A stretch of 64,000 nt of DNA, taken from contig NC_083223.1 of assembly GCF_032191835.1 (NCBI RefSeq), positions 89,962,001-90,026,000 on the forward strand. Direction: 5' to 3'. Every line of letters begins with the position of its first letter. Positions within the stretch are counted from its first letter, which is position 1. This document shows, in pieces, positions 36,991 to 48,402 of this stretch. The translations under genes and the position numbers were made by a program. Under the pieces are notes generated by a model. It searched no databases and had not been told where the DNA came from. It saw nothing but the letters and a program-made list of their open reading frames with translations. This DNA is from Heteronotia binoei (lineage: Eukaryota).

Positions 36991-38602
36991 ACTGGTGAAA
37001 TATGGTGTTGCACTGGCAGAAAGAACTTAGTACCAGAGTGGAGGAGAATGGGGCAACTATCCCCTGCAGGGTGAGCTTACTCTGTATCAGCAAACAAATA
37101 AAGGGAAGTTGTTGGCTGCATCCACTCAACTGGTGCATGGTTTAGATAGACTGCTAAGCCTTGCTCACTACCTATTATCAGCTGCCCCGGTCCCTCTCAC
37201 ATAGGTGATATGGAACACCCTGCCAGTCAGAGTAGACTCTAGCAACTCTTGATATGTCCATAATCTTACTCAGTATATGACAGCTTTGTGTGCATAAATA
37301 GTTTTGAAACTTTAAAAATATTATTCATAGCTGCATTTTAATTATTCAGTTTCTACTTTTAAAACTAACATAAAGTTGATTGATCAAAATAATGTCACAA
37401 GTTCTCCCTACCCCTGCCGCCATTCCTAAAATGGTTATCACATTTTCCTATATAAATGTTAGTTCAACAGTGTATGCATACATGGCTAAATGTGACTTGA
37501 TATTGTGAAAAATAAACCTGCTATGATGGATACAGGTATATTTTATGGAATCAAAATGCCGGTGTCCTTTGGTCCAAGTAATAAAATCTGTTCTTACGTA
37601 GAAACAAGCTGTGCTGTTAAGGCTTTAAACATCATCATAAACTATCATGACTCACTCAGTACATCATCTTCAGGTACAAGATCTTTCAGTTCTTTTCCTC
37701 AACAACCATCAATCAAACTTTATAGGCCCACAAATAGCTTGGCCAACACTCGATAGTAATATTTTAGCTGTATTTACACAACAAATAAAGTCTATGTGAA
37801 AGTTATAAGGTGAACACATATGCCACAGCCCATCAAGGGTAATCCATACATAGAAACACATTTCTACACATGTGAATTACCTTTTTGGGTTGACTCACCA
37901 CATGCAAAATACCATAATGTTTCATTAATTTAGGGACAACAAAATTGTTGGTTGTTTGCTTTAGCATTTAACTGACATGTTAATATTTACATCAGCATCA
38001 GGATTTTTCATCTGGAGTTTATCTGATCATGGAAGTGATCGGCATTGTCATACACAAGAGTACTGTGACCAGATTCCTGCCATGTTCCTTTTGTCAGTAT
38101 TGACTTCTTAGGGGATATTACTGATAGTGTAGCATACAGAATAAGTTACAGTGGGTCTATCACACAATTTCCTTGAAAATTAATTGGGCCAAGCAAGAAT
38201 CTATCCCACTTCATTTTTGATGGCACATTAATAAACTAAATAATGGTTTCTATGTCTACATTAAATGTAAGTTTAATTTGGATTGCTGCCTATTGGTGCA
38301 GGAACTGAAACCTACCAAGTGTTTAAAGTTGTGGAAATAAAGTAATTGAACAAATTAAACATACATATATACATATGTGCATAGCTACGTTATAGTAATT
38401 TTTCAAAGTTCAAAACAAGATATAGCTAATTACATAAATGTTGATGATTTGTTTGTCCAAGTCCCAACTGCTGGGATCAGAATAGCTTCTTGCATGAGTA
38501 AAAGGGGCCCCCAATTTCCATCAATTCTGCCATCCAGTTGACGACCCCATGCCACATCCTGTGCTATTTAGGATGGTCCCCCACATCCTGTGCTATTTAG
38601 CC

Positions 38603-39027
38603 CAGTGGCCCCCAACCTTTTTGGCACCAGGGATCAGCCCCAGGGTCGGCCCACTCACCACATCCCCAGGGCAGGCAGGGTGGTGGCAGCAAATTTGAGC
38701 CCCTGCCCTGTCCCCACACCCTCCATGCCCAGGAAGGAAGTGAGGAGGAGGCAAGGACGCCACTGCTCTTTCAGCAGGTCACTCATTGTTGCTGTCATGG
38801 TTTTCCCCGCCAATCAGCTGATTGGCAGGGGGGATCGGCCTTTAAAGAGTCTGGGAGGTGCTTCATTGCCCCTTCCTGGGCCTTGAACTTGTAAAAACAG
38901 AGGGGGGAGGAGACGCTGTGGGGGGGGGCAGCAAGGCTGCAGGGCACTGCAGGGGGGTAGGACGGTGAGGCTGCACAGCCTAGTTGCTAACAGGCATGGT
39001 CCATGGGTCAGGGGATGGTGACCCCTG
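38603..39027. mobile_element. hAT (Charlie-like) MITE
   Basis: Termini CAGTGGCCCCCAACC / GGTGACCCCTG and an imperfect 8-bp TSD ATTTAGCC / CTCTAGCC. Confidence 0.7.
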
Positions 39028-39813
39028 CTCTAGCCCACAGGAGCAGCAGCTTGGACATATGAAGCTGCCTTATACTGAATCAGACCCTTGGTCCATCAAA
39101 GTCAGTATTGTCTTCTCAGACAGGCAGCGGCTCTCCAGGGTCTCAAGCTGAGGTTGGAGGCCAATAGGATTACTGAAAGTGAAAAGTATCTCCCCATCAG
39201 TAGAACTCCAGTTGTGGTTCCAAGCCAATGTAATTTTATTCATCACTTTATGCAGCTAGACAGTGAGCCCAATGATTGGTTAATCCAGCCCAGGATTTTC
39301 TTCTCTGTCTAGAAAGAGCTCTCCACAGCACTTTAGTATTTGAGGCATTTTAACTAGAGGTGCTGGGCCTGGGGATTGAACTTTGACTTAGCTATTGATA
39401 TTGTTTGTGAATTGAAGCAATAGTGGAGAAGCCCTGAATTAAGCTGGCAAAAATAGCCACATCTTTATTCAGAACAAAAACACTTCGTTGCCAGGAAGGC
39501 AGGGACTTAAATAGGGTCTGTTAAAATATTAGGGCAAAGCTGCCAAGATATGCTGGCATTCATCATTCCCCTACAATAGTTAGTGTGAGGTTTCAAGTGA
39601 AGTTGCCTAATATTTCCCTCTACTGTGCCTTGAATATCTCCTCTTTGTAGTGAAACAGGTCCTGTAGGTACCTCTACCACAGGGGATGTGCAATTTTTAC
39701 ACAGCTGGCTCAGCTCTTAGGCTGCTAGTCCTTAATGACTAAACACCTCTCTGACTTTATTCCACCAACACCATTCTGACTTTATTCCACTGCCACCAAT
39801 AGGTTGTTAGCAT

Positions 39814-39956
39814 CAAGGCTTTTTTTGTAGGAAAAGCCCAGCAGGAACTCATTTGCATATTAGAAAAAGCCCAGCAGGAACTCATTTGCCTATTAGGCCA
39901 TATTCCTTGACGCCAAGCCAGTGTTCCTGTGCATTCCTGCTAAAAAAAAAGCCCTT
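39814..39956. mobile_element. MITE of the CAGGGCTTTTTTGTAG family
   Basis: GAAAAGCCCAGCAGGAACTCATTTGC occurs twice, followed by TATTAGGCCA and an AAAAGCCCTTG end. Confidence 0.7.
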
Positions 39957-40243
39957 GTTAGCCTTATGTTTGTCTAATGTAGCCTAGACTCTCTGTTTCC
40001 GTCACTGAAGACTTTTCTGCAGATTAAGAATTCCTCTCCTACTCCAAACTGCTATGTACACAAGAAGCTTTGGAAAACAAACTCATTTAGGACATTCAGA
40101 TCCAGCCAGGAAACTCTTTTCCTTTTCTATACGTGTTTGCCACCTTATCCCACAATTTTATTGGTTTCCTGCCTCCCTGAGGTCTTGCTTCAAAAGAATT
40201 CCCAAATCATCTTCTGTCTTTCTCCTGTCTTCTCCAGCTAGAC

Positions 40244-40861
40244 TAGGGGTGTCAAACTCATGAGGGATGGGTCTGAGATAAATGAGACCTTGTCGGGCTG
40301 GGCCATGTGCATCATAAAATGTAATGTCTGGTAGTGGATAAATAAACTTTATAAAGAACACAGACAAACACTATTAAATTTTTTTTGAACTTAAAATATG
40401 ATTTAAAAAGTGGCACTCTTGAAATATTGTTTATTTAACAGTATTTGATAACTGACACCTCTTGCTCTGAATTATTGCATCAAAATCTGGAGATAATGCC
40501 TGTGCTATGGTAATCTTGAGTATGCTGTTCAGGTGTTGTACAGGTGTGTGTTTATAAGTTGCAAACCTACTTTTGATTTATTGACATTCATTACAGAAAT
40601 CTCATGATCAATGTTTTGAGCCTAAGACCAAGAGGAAAACTTGAAATGGCTGGTTATTGTGAGCTTTTGTAAATAAGCTGCTTCATGTACTGGTTAGCCA
40701 ACGGAGAAAATAGAGGCTTTATTCTGTAGCTCCTGTGCAACTGAGTGAGCCTGGCAAAGCAAGCTGTGATGCAGAAGGAAGCAAAAGAGAGAAAGAAGCA
40801 GATGACAGTGAGTTCTCATGGACCTGATAAGAGCCATATGGCTGCATGTTTGACACCTCTG
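40244..40861. mobile_element. hAT-Charlie non-autonomous element (618 bp)
   Basis: TIRs AGGGGTGTCAAAC / GTTTGACACCTCTG and an 8-bp TSD AGCTAGAC / AACTAGAC (CTAGA core typical of Charlie targets). Confidence 0.85.
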
Positions 40862-41531
40862 AACTAGACCTTTCCAATGTATCTAACAAAAAAAATCACC
40901 AGCTAGCTGTTTATGTGCTGTTCCTGAGCTTTTCAGGCAAGGAATGTTTGTTCTTCTAACTCCCTCTACACATGAATCCTGCTACTTTTGAAGACTAGAA
41001 TACAAAAGGATAAACTTGTTCTGCAAAGATAGTTCTAGTTTATTCTATGAGTATAGTTAGAGAGAAAATTCAATATTTATTTAGAATATTTCTATGCTGC
41101 ATCTTCAGAGACTTGCTCAAATGGTTTCACTGAAAAACCACAGTATTTTCCATCCCAACTTTTGTTTTAAATATATATCTGAGGAGGAATGTCACTTCCT
41201 CATACTCTGTCCTCAGATATCTCAGGGTAATTATCAAATCCTCTTTAGATCACTCAACAGTCCCTAGAACCTGGCCTGTTTAAATGCCCACTCAACCATA
41301 ACAATGTGAAGCAGACCAAAAGGGTCTCTCCCATAGTGAATCTGGGAGAGGCCCTAGGAAAATTACTGCTTAGCCCCACAGCAACCAGCTAATTTTACAC
41401 TGTGTACTAAAGTGTGGATAGGCAGGTAGTTCAACAGGGAAAAACCAGCATTGGGGGATTGTGTAGCTCAAACAACTGTCTACCCAGATTGCTCACTAGA
41501 CACACAGCATGGAGCAGCTGCCTTTCTGGCT

Positions 41532-41729
41532 TACTATTGCCAACCTCCCGATGAGACCTGGAGATCTCCCAGAATTACAACTCAACTCCATATGACAATG
41601 ATCTATCCCCCTGCAGAAAATGGCTGCTTTGGAGGGTAGTCTCTATATTTGGCTGAGGCCTCTTCCCACCCTAAAACTTATCCTCTTCAGACTCTTCAGA
41701 AATTTCCCAACCTGGAGCCAGCAACTTTA
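41532..41729. mobile_element. Decayed TAGGGTTGCCA-type MITE
   Basis: Reverse-complement similarity to 18844-19011 (GAAAATGGCTGCTTTGGAGGG, AAATTTCCCAACCTGGAG). Confidence 0.55.
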
Positions 41730-44700
41730 TTTGCCTGTCTGGTATCTCTATTCCCTATGAAGCATGGGAGAGCAAATACCTTCCACACACCAAGATCTGT
41801 GGGTGGGAAGTGAGATTGCTGCTCTTAGCCACTCCCTTCCTAATGAAAAGATCACTTCGAATGGCCAAAGACTAGGAATCTGCTGTCCAAACAATTTGCC
41901 CTTTTTCATGAAATTAGACTAGAACATCAACTTCAAAGCCCACTCATGTTGAACAGCCACAAATGTCAACAGTACTTATTCTAATATTCTACTTAGTCTA
42001 ATATTCATGCCCAAGTACTTTTGTTAATCATTCTTTATTGCCCTATATTGAAAGTGTTACTTTGCTTTATGGTTAATATTTCTCTCTCACCTCCCTGCCC
42101 CATTCAACATTGGCTCATAAACTTTCAGAGAAATGTCAAACGAACAAATTTAAACTTCTATTCTTTCAACAACAACCACAGCACCCTGTATAAAACCTCT
42201 GGCTCAGTTCTAAGGGACAGTTAAGACACTAAAGTCATATTGGAATTTAACTTTCTCAGGCGAAGCTTATAGGGGGATTTTTATTCTGCAGGAGTCAATA
42301 CATCTTAAATGCTGCAGCTCCTCAACGTTAAGAAGTAAAATTGCTATCTTAAGATTGTGGGTTCATTTCAAACTCTTTTCTTCTCTGCATTATAACTAAA
42401 TATCATTTTATTATTGGCTGTTCTTTCTTCTTATCTTACAGTTGCTTTGAACATGAATATATGCTATGCCATATATTACATTTTATTCCACTCCTTACTA
42501 TGGGAATGGCTTTTCTATTGTACACATTAATATTTGACAAATTCTATGTTTCACTGCAAATGTGGGAAAAGTTTCCTAATAGGTGCTGCTGCATAATGAA
42601 ATGGTAATGGGATCTGGAAACATATATTTTCTTAACAATCTTTAATGATTGGGAAAACAGATGATAATATAGAGAGTATTCATGTTGGTTACAAAGACTG
42701 AAGAAGGGAAAATGGCAGCACAATGAGTCTACAAACCCTAGTGTCTTCTCTAATTTGCAGATCCTCAATTATTCAAAAGAAGGCTTATCTAATACTATCA
42801 CTCACTGTCTGTACGGTTGTCTTTGTAATGTCAGGAATGCAATGGGAACATTTACTGGAAGAGTGTGAATGAAATAATGTGTTTGAAATAAAAAACTTAT
42901 GGAAAGCATAGTGCCCTTTTCGTTATTCTGCTGATATCCTTTGCATGGTGGATGGACTGAAGCCGCTCCTGAAGTTAGAAGCTGGAATATTGCTTTGCCT
43001 CTCGCAAATCTTCAGACACTTCAGTAGCCATGGACTCATTCATTTTTTGTTTGTTATATTAGGGACAGATGTATCCAATACTATTTCCTGTTTTACACCT
43101 CATGTACTACTCCCCTAACCAATTATTTCAGACTTTTAATTTTAAAATTTTCTTTATACTCCATTTTCCCCCAATGGGGACCCAAAGTAGCTTATGACAC
43201 TGTTTTCCTCTAGTTTATCTTCACAACAACCAACCTGTGATGTAGGTTAGATTGGGAGGGACAGGCCCAGGTTATTGAGTTAATTTCCATGGCACAGTAT
43301 GAATTCAAACCTGGTTCTCCCAGATCCTAGACATAATAACCACTATATAACACTGCCTTTCAGAAAGTTCTTACTAAAATTCATTGGACTGAAAAAGTAT
43401 AAGCATATTTGTATGTTATCGCCCACTTTTTTTTAAAAGATCTTTACAGAAGTATATCTTAATGTTAGCATTCATGCTGACTATATGGGGCTTCAAAACA
43501 TATGATTAATTACCTACACAAATGCTGCTTCTGTGTAGAAAATTGCTTGTACGCCCTGTGTACACTATCATGTTGACTTTCTACCAATTTTATGTGCAGT
43601 AAAATAGACGTGTGGCAATGTATATGTGAGGTACCAAACTTTTATATATGGAAATGATTGTATATAAAATGAATCAGGTAATAAACAGTGCTAAATAATA
43701 GTGCCCCAAAATTATTAATGTTACAGAGTTGATATACACTTGTTCTCTATTGGACCCTTTGTATTCTAATAAAAGTCTATGTTTGTGATAATTCCTGTTT
43801 GTTGAAACAATTTGGCATCTTAAAAATTTGATGAGTGCACATTTCCTACTGAAATCAGCAGTGTATGATTAAGTGTGTATGTTTGGCTTGCTTGTACTCT
43901 ATACTAATCCAAAATACGTTTTTGCAGAAAGAAGTTCCACACTGCATTGGAATTTTCTTCCAGATAAAAAGTGCTGAGATTTGTAATTTTAGCATGGCAA
44001 TATACTGCAAATGACAGGTATTTTTAAGAGAGCTGTAATTTAAAATAATACATTGTGAAAATAAAGTCATGTGTGTGTATCTTCTAGTTTGGTTCATTAA
44101 ATGGTTTACAGCAAAATCCTGAGTGCTCGTTTTTATTTTATTTTTTGGCCACAATGAAACTGGAACAAGTAAAAACCTAGAAGTACTCATCACTTATAAT
44201 ACTGTATTGATTTTGTAAAAGCATCTCAAACTATGAGGAATACTTGATCACTCCCCTGTTTAGATTGCAAATGGCCATCACTACCCCCAAACCAGACCCA
44301 TAGCCATGGAGGTACGCAAAATGGTGTGGTTACAGGCCTGGTTTATCATACCCCTCCAATCAGCACTAGAGGTTGTGAAATCTGTCAAAAGTCTTCTGCC
44401 AATGAGAGAGGGCTTTTCCTTCTCTCCTCCCATTTCTTTTCCAGGCTTTGCCAATGAGAAGGTGATTCTCCTCTCCTCTCACCTCCTTCCCAGGTTTTGT
44501 CAATGATGGAGAGCATCTCTTTGTTTTCTCCCACCTTCTTCCCAGGCTTTCCCTTTGCACTTTGCTTCCTGCACAAAGTAGTTGATCCAGCTGTGCTCTG
44601 AATTATATGACATGGTCCTTTTCTCACCATGTGCCAGCCATGGATTCCTCTGTTCCACAGAATTGTAGCACATTTAGGTAGAAGGGCGGCGGGGGGGCGG

Positions 44701-45088
44701 GGGGTTGCACTATTTTCATGCCAGTAGGAAGTGTTCAAATGTGGTTGGAATCAGAGAGGGTGGGTGGCAGCTGCCTCCTCTTTATTCTGCCTTTCACAAG
44801 TGGGCTCATGACCATTTTACACTGTTTGTTGCAGCTGTTTTGACCCTTGAAAACACTTGGGGTTGGAGGAAAGAGTTCTGCACCAGAAGCCCACAGTGGA
44901 TCAGGGCATACCAACATTTTAAAATCACTGTAAAATGTTGGGAATGAATTGGTGCTGTTGACAATTTGCCTTCTTTTTTAACTAGGCTCAGCAAGGGGAG
45001 GGGGAGTCAATATCTGTATCTATAAAAGGGAACCTCCCCAACTTCTTTTCCCATCTGTATGACTGAAAAAAAACCCCATCCTTCCCCA

Positions 45089-46412
45089 TGTTATGTATGT
45101 GAATCCAAGTGTTAAGAAATGGTGTTCCTGCCTGGCTCATTGGAGCCTGAAGGATTGAGTTTGGGGACTTAGGAACAATGGGCGGTAGTGTTGTGGGAAC
45201 AGTTAGGTATTTTGTGCACCGCACCCAAGAGAAAGTGCCTGGCCATAAAAGCGCCATGATAGCTGTATATAGTTTATTTCCTTCTTCCACAGTCATTAGC
45301 CATGTGCAAAGACAGGGTCAAGATATGCCCGTATAAGGATATGGTGAGCAATCGGCTTTGGTGATAGGTAGAATGTGAGCCTTCTGCATCGGCCAGGATA
45401 GGCCGGAGGGACAGAGAGAAGCGTAGCATCGCGAGCCTTAAATTGAGTTGTGCTGCGACACAGACTTCAGAGACCACACCCTAGGTGCCTGTGATGGAAA
45501 GCAATGGGTTAACCATAATCTGAAGATGCACAGGGCTGCGTCAGGTGACCTGAGGGTGGGGGCAAAGTGCTGAGAGCTCTCAGGGAGGGAAAGTAGTTGA
45601 AGGAGAGAAACTGCTGAGGCAGGAGTTCAGTCAGTTGATGTCTGACAGAGTGGAGGCCTGTCAGAGAAGTCTGTCAGTGGGGACCTGACAGAGACTGAGA
45701 GGGTCAGTTAGTGCCGGCCAGAAAAGCTGAGAGGGCAGCTGATCCTGTGAAGAAGCTGGAGACGGAGACGGGGAAGTCTTCCAGAGACTGCCAGCTGGAC
45801 AAAACCAGCCAAGAGGGCTGTGTGTGTGTGAGTCAGTTAAGACCGGAATGGTCACAAACACCTAGGAACCACTCTGAAGATCTAGTGAGGAGGTTGAGGG
45901 AGTGGATGTGGGTCTGAGACACCAAGAAGGGCTGAGAGGAGAGACTTCAGTCGAGGGGTGAGACTAGACACATCAATCCCAAGAGGCCAGACCTTGGCTA
46001 GAGGTGGAGAGTGAGTTGAAGGGAAACTGTGAACCGTGTAACTGTGAAAGACTCGAGAAAGTAAAAGTGATTGTAAAGCCTGAAACAACAGAACAAATGT
46101 ACTAGCCTATGTAAATATCTCCCATATCCCCAGTTTAAGACTTTTTGTTAAAATAAAACTGTGGATTAAGTTAAAGTTCTCGTGAGCCTATATTTTGTGG
46201 GAAGAGCAAACAAAGCTGCTGTGGTCCCATCAAAGAAACAAGTAAAAATACCCCGAAGAGACTAAAATATAGAGATCCAGTGAGGCCGTGAGGCGGGCGC
46301 TGCTATAGTGCCTTCACTCCATTCCTGCAGACATGTATTCTGAGTAAAACTTGCTTGCTGCTGACCTCCATGTCTTGGCGTTTTCTTGGTGAGACGAAAA
46401 CGATCCATAACA
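45089..46412 (+). mobile_element. 5' LTR of an endogenous retrovirus (alternative start 45490)
   Basis: Ends ...ATCCATAACA three bases before the PBS. Its inverted match is TGTTATGTAT at 45089 (9/10) or TGTGATGGAA at 45490 (8/10). TATA-like CTTAAATT at 45437 and AATAAA at 46152. Confidence 0.75.
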
Positions 46413-46415
46413 ACT

Positions 46416-46433
46416 TGGTGTCAGAAGTGGGAT
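46416..46433 (+). promoter_or_regulatory. Primer-binding site complementary to tRNA-Leu(CAA)
   Basis: TGGTGTCAGAAGTGGGAT is the reverse complement of the vertebrate tRNA-Leu(CAA) 3' end ATCCCACTTCTGACACCA (recalled sequence). Confidence 0.85.
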
Positions 46434-46705
46434 AGTGTCCTTTTGGACCAGAGGGGTCCCACTGCAGATCTTCGGCTTTGCCCTCCATTGACCCACTGGT
46501 GGGCGAACGCGCGTTTTTTTGCTTGAAGAGGGCCCCTGGTACCCCCATTGGAACCAGACTCGGTGGTTTGCTTGCCTTCCCTGCCGTGGGGTCAAGAACC
46601 CATATTGCGGCAGCAGCAACCGGGTCGCTGGAGAGGAATCAAGGAGAGGCCTTGATAGATTTCTGGTGAGTACTTTTGGTGAAATTAGAACAGCATAGGC
46701 ATACA

Positions 46706-48402
46706 ATGGGCAACAAGGCTTCAAAGACATCAGGGGGAAAGTGTCTCATGGGGGATGCCCCATCTGGACGGAAATAGAGATTCTAAGAATAGTCCCTTGG
46801 GACAAATCTGTACTCAATGGGAAACCACTGGAGGGGCCAGTGGGATGTCAAAAGAGGAGATGGTGCGTCTTTCTACCCAGGGTTGGCCAAATCTTCCATT
46901 AATTTCAGGGCATAGGTGGCCAAGATTTGGAACTTGTGACTATCATCTGTGCACCGAGGTTCATATATTTTTGTTAGAACAATTACCCAGCCGGGTGGCA
47001 GCCGAATAAATTCCATACATTTTAGAATGGCTGAACTTTGTAGAGACCAAGAGGTGTAAACAACCAGATAAGGAAGAGGTAAAGGTGATGGAGGCAAATA
47101 TAAAGGATGCGGCCGCCTCCCCTTCGGCCCCCACTTCGGCCAAGTGGGACCCGTTGGACCATCTGCCTCCTCCCTATGTTCCGCCTCCAATCCCCGGGCC
47201 AGACCCAGACCCGAGGAGAAGGAGGCCAAGGGAGGGAGAGGAAGAGGGGGCGAGGGGAGGAAAGAAGGAGGATGAGACCCCTGGGACAATGATTCCCGGG
47301 GAACATTGTAATTTGAGAAAAGAACTAAGAGATCTACAGGACAGAGAGAGATGGTGGGGAGTACCCCAACCAGCCTCTGAGAAGGAGGAGGAGGCACGAT
47401 TATGCCCCCTCAGGCAAGTTCCCCAGGGAAATGCTGGCTCAGTTACGTGGAGGTCCCATTGACCTCCACGGAAATCCGAAATATGAGGGGGCAACTCCCT
47501 AAATTGCAGGAAGACCCTGAGGGGTTTGTAAAAGATTTGGATGGACTCCTGGGACCCTCAATTTTTACACCCATGGAGTTAATTCATATTGTAAGGCAAT
47601 TAACCAATAATGAGGTGGTCAACCAAGGGGTGGAACAAGCATGGAAAATTTGGATCGGGCGAGGGGGAGCAGGCACGGCTTGAACTGTGGCAGCCTCAGA
47701 AGCAGAAATTCCATTCCAAACTCCTGGGAATGTGAATGTCCAAACAGAAGGAAGTTTTGTGAGGATTATCGGGAGTTGGTGTTGAAAGGTTTGGTTCAGA
47801 CGGTCCCCAAGGTAGTGAATATGAATAAAGTGTTTGGACAGCCCCAAAAGAAAGAGGAATCCCTGACGAAATGTCTCGAAAGGTTAAAGGAAGGGATGTG
47901 GAAATACACAGGATTAGACCCAGACCTTCCAGAAAATGAGGCAATATTGAAGCTCCAGTTCATTTCAGGGTCGTATTTAGATATCCAGAAAAAGCTGTAG
48001 AAGATAGATGGGTTAGTAAACAAGACGGTTTTAGAATTAGTAAATGAGGCCCAGAAAGTAGTGGTGAGAAGGGAAGAGGAAAAAGAGAAGAAAAAAGTTA
48101 GCCTTATGGTACAGACTGTGAAGGAAGTGGTAGGAGCCGAAGGAAAAAGGCATGGTAGGAACGATGCAAGAAGAGACGGATATAAGGGAAGGGGAAGAAG
48201 CAGAGAGATGGGATTTGGAGAAAACTGACCAAGGGATGGAAGGAACCAGGGGCAGGACCCAAGTAGACCCCCCCCCCTTCCAAGAGATATCTGAGCTCTA
48301 TGTAAACAGACCGGACATTGGAAATGGGAGTGCCCCAACAGAAGAGGAGGAGACCAGCAGGCTGCCTATATCCAGGCACTCCGATATGAAGATTCAGAAT
48401 AG
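46706..48402 (+). pseudogene. gag: ERV gag (class I), disrupted by stops and frameshifts
   Basis: Myristoylation-type start MGNKAS; gamma-type MA (SPLGQI..W..WPRFGT); PPPY late domain; CA (VPLTSTEI..EDPEGF); MHR (QKKEESLTKCLERLKEGMWKYTGLDP); single zinc knuckle *ALCKQTGHWKWECP with the first Cys changed to TGA; TAG at 48400-48402. Confidence 0.9.

Noticed and set aside
38552-38600. 20-bp direct duplication CCACATCCTGTGCTATTTAG as a TSD
   Set aside because: The two copies are only 9 bp apart, so this is a local tandem duplication next to a MITE end rather than a TSD around an element.
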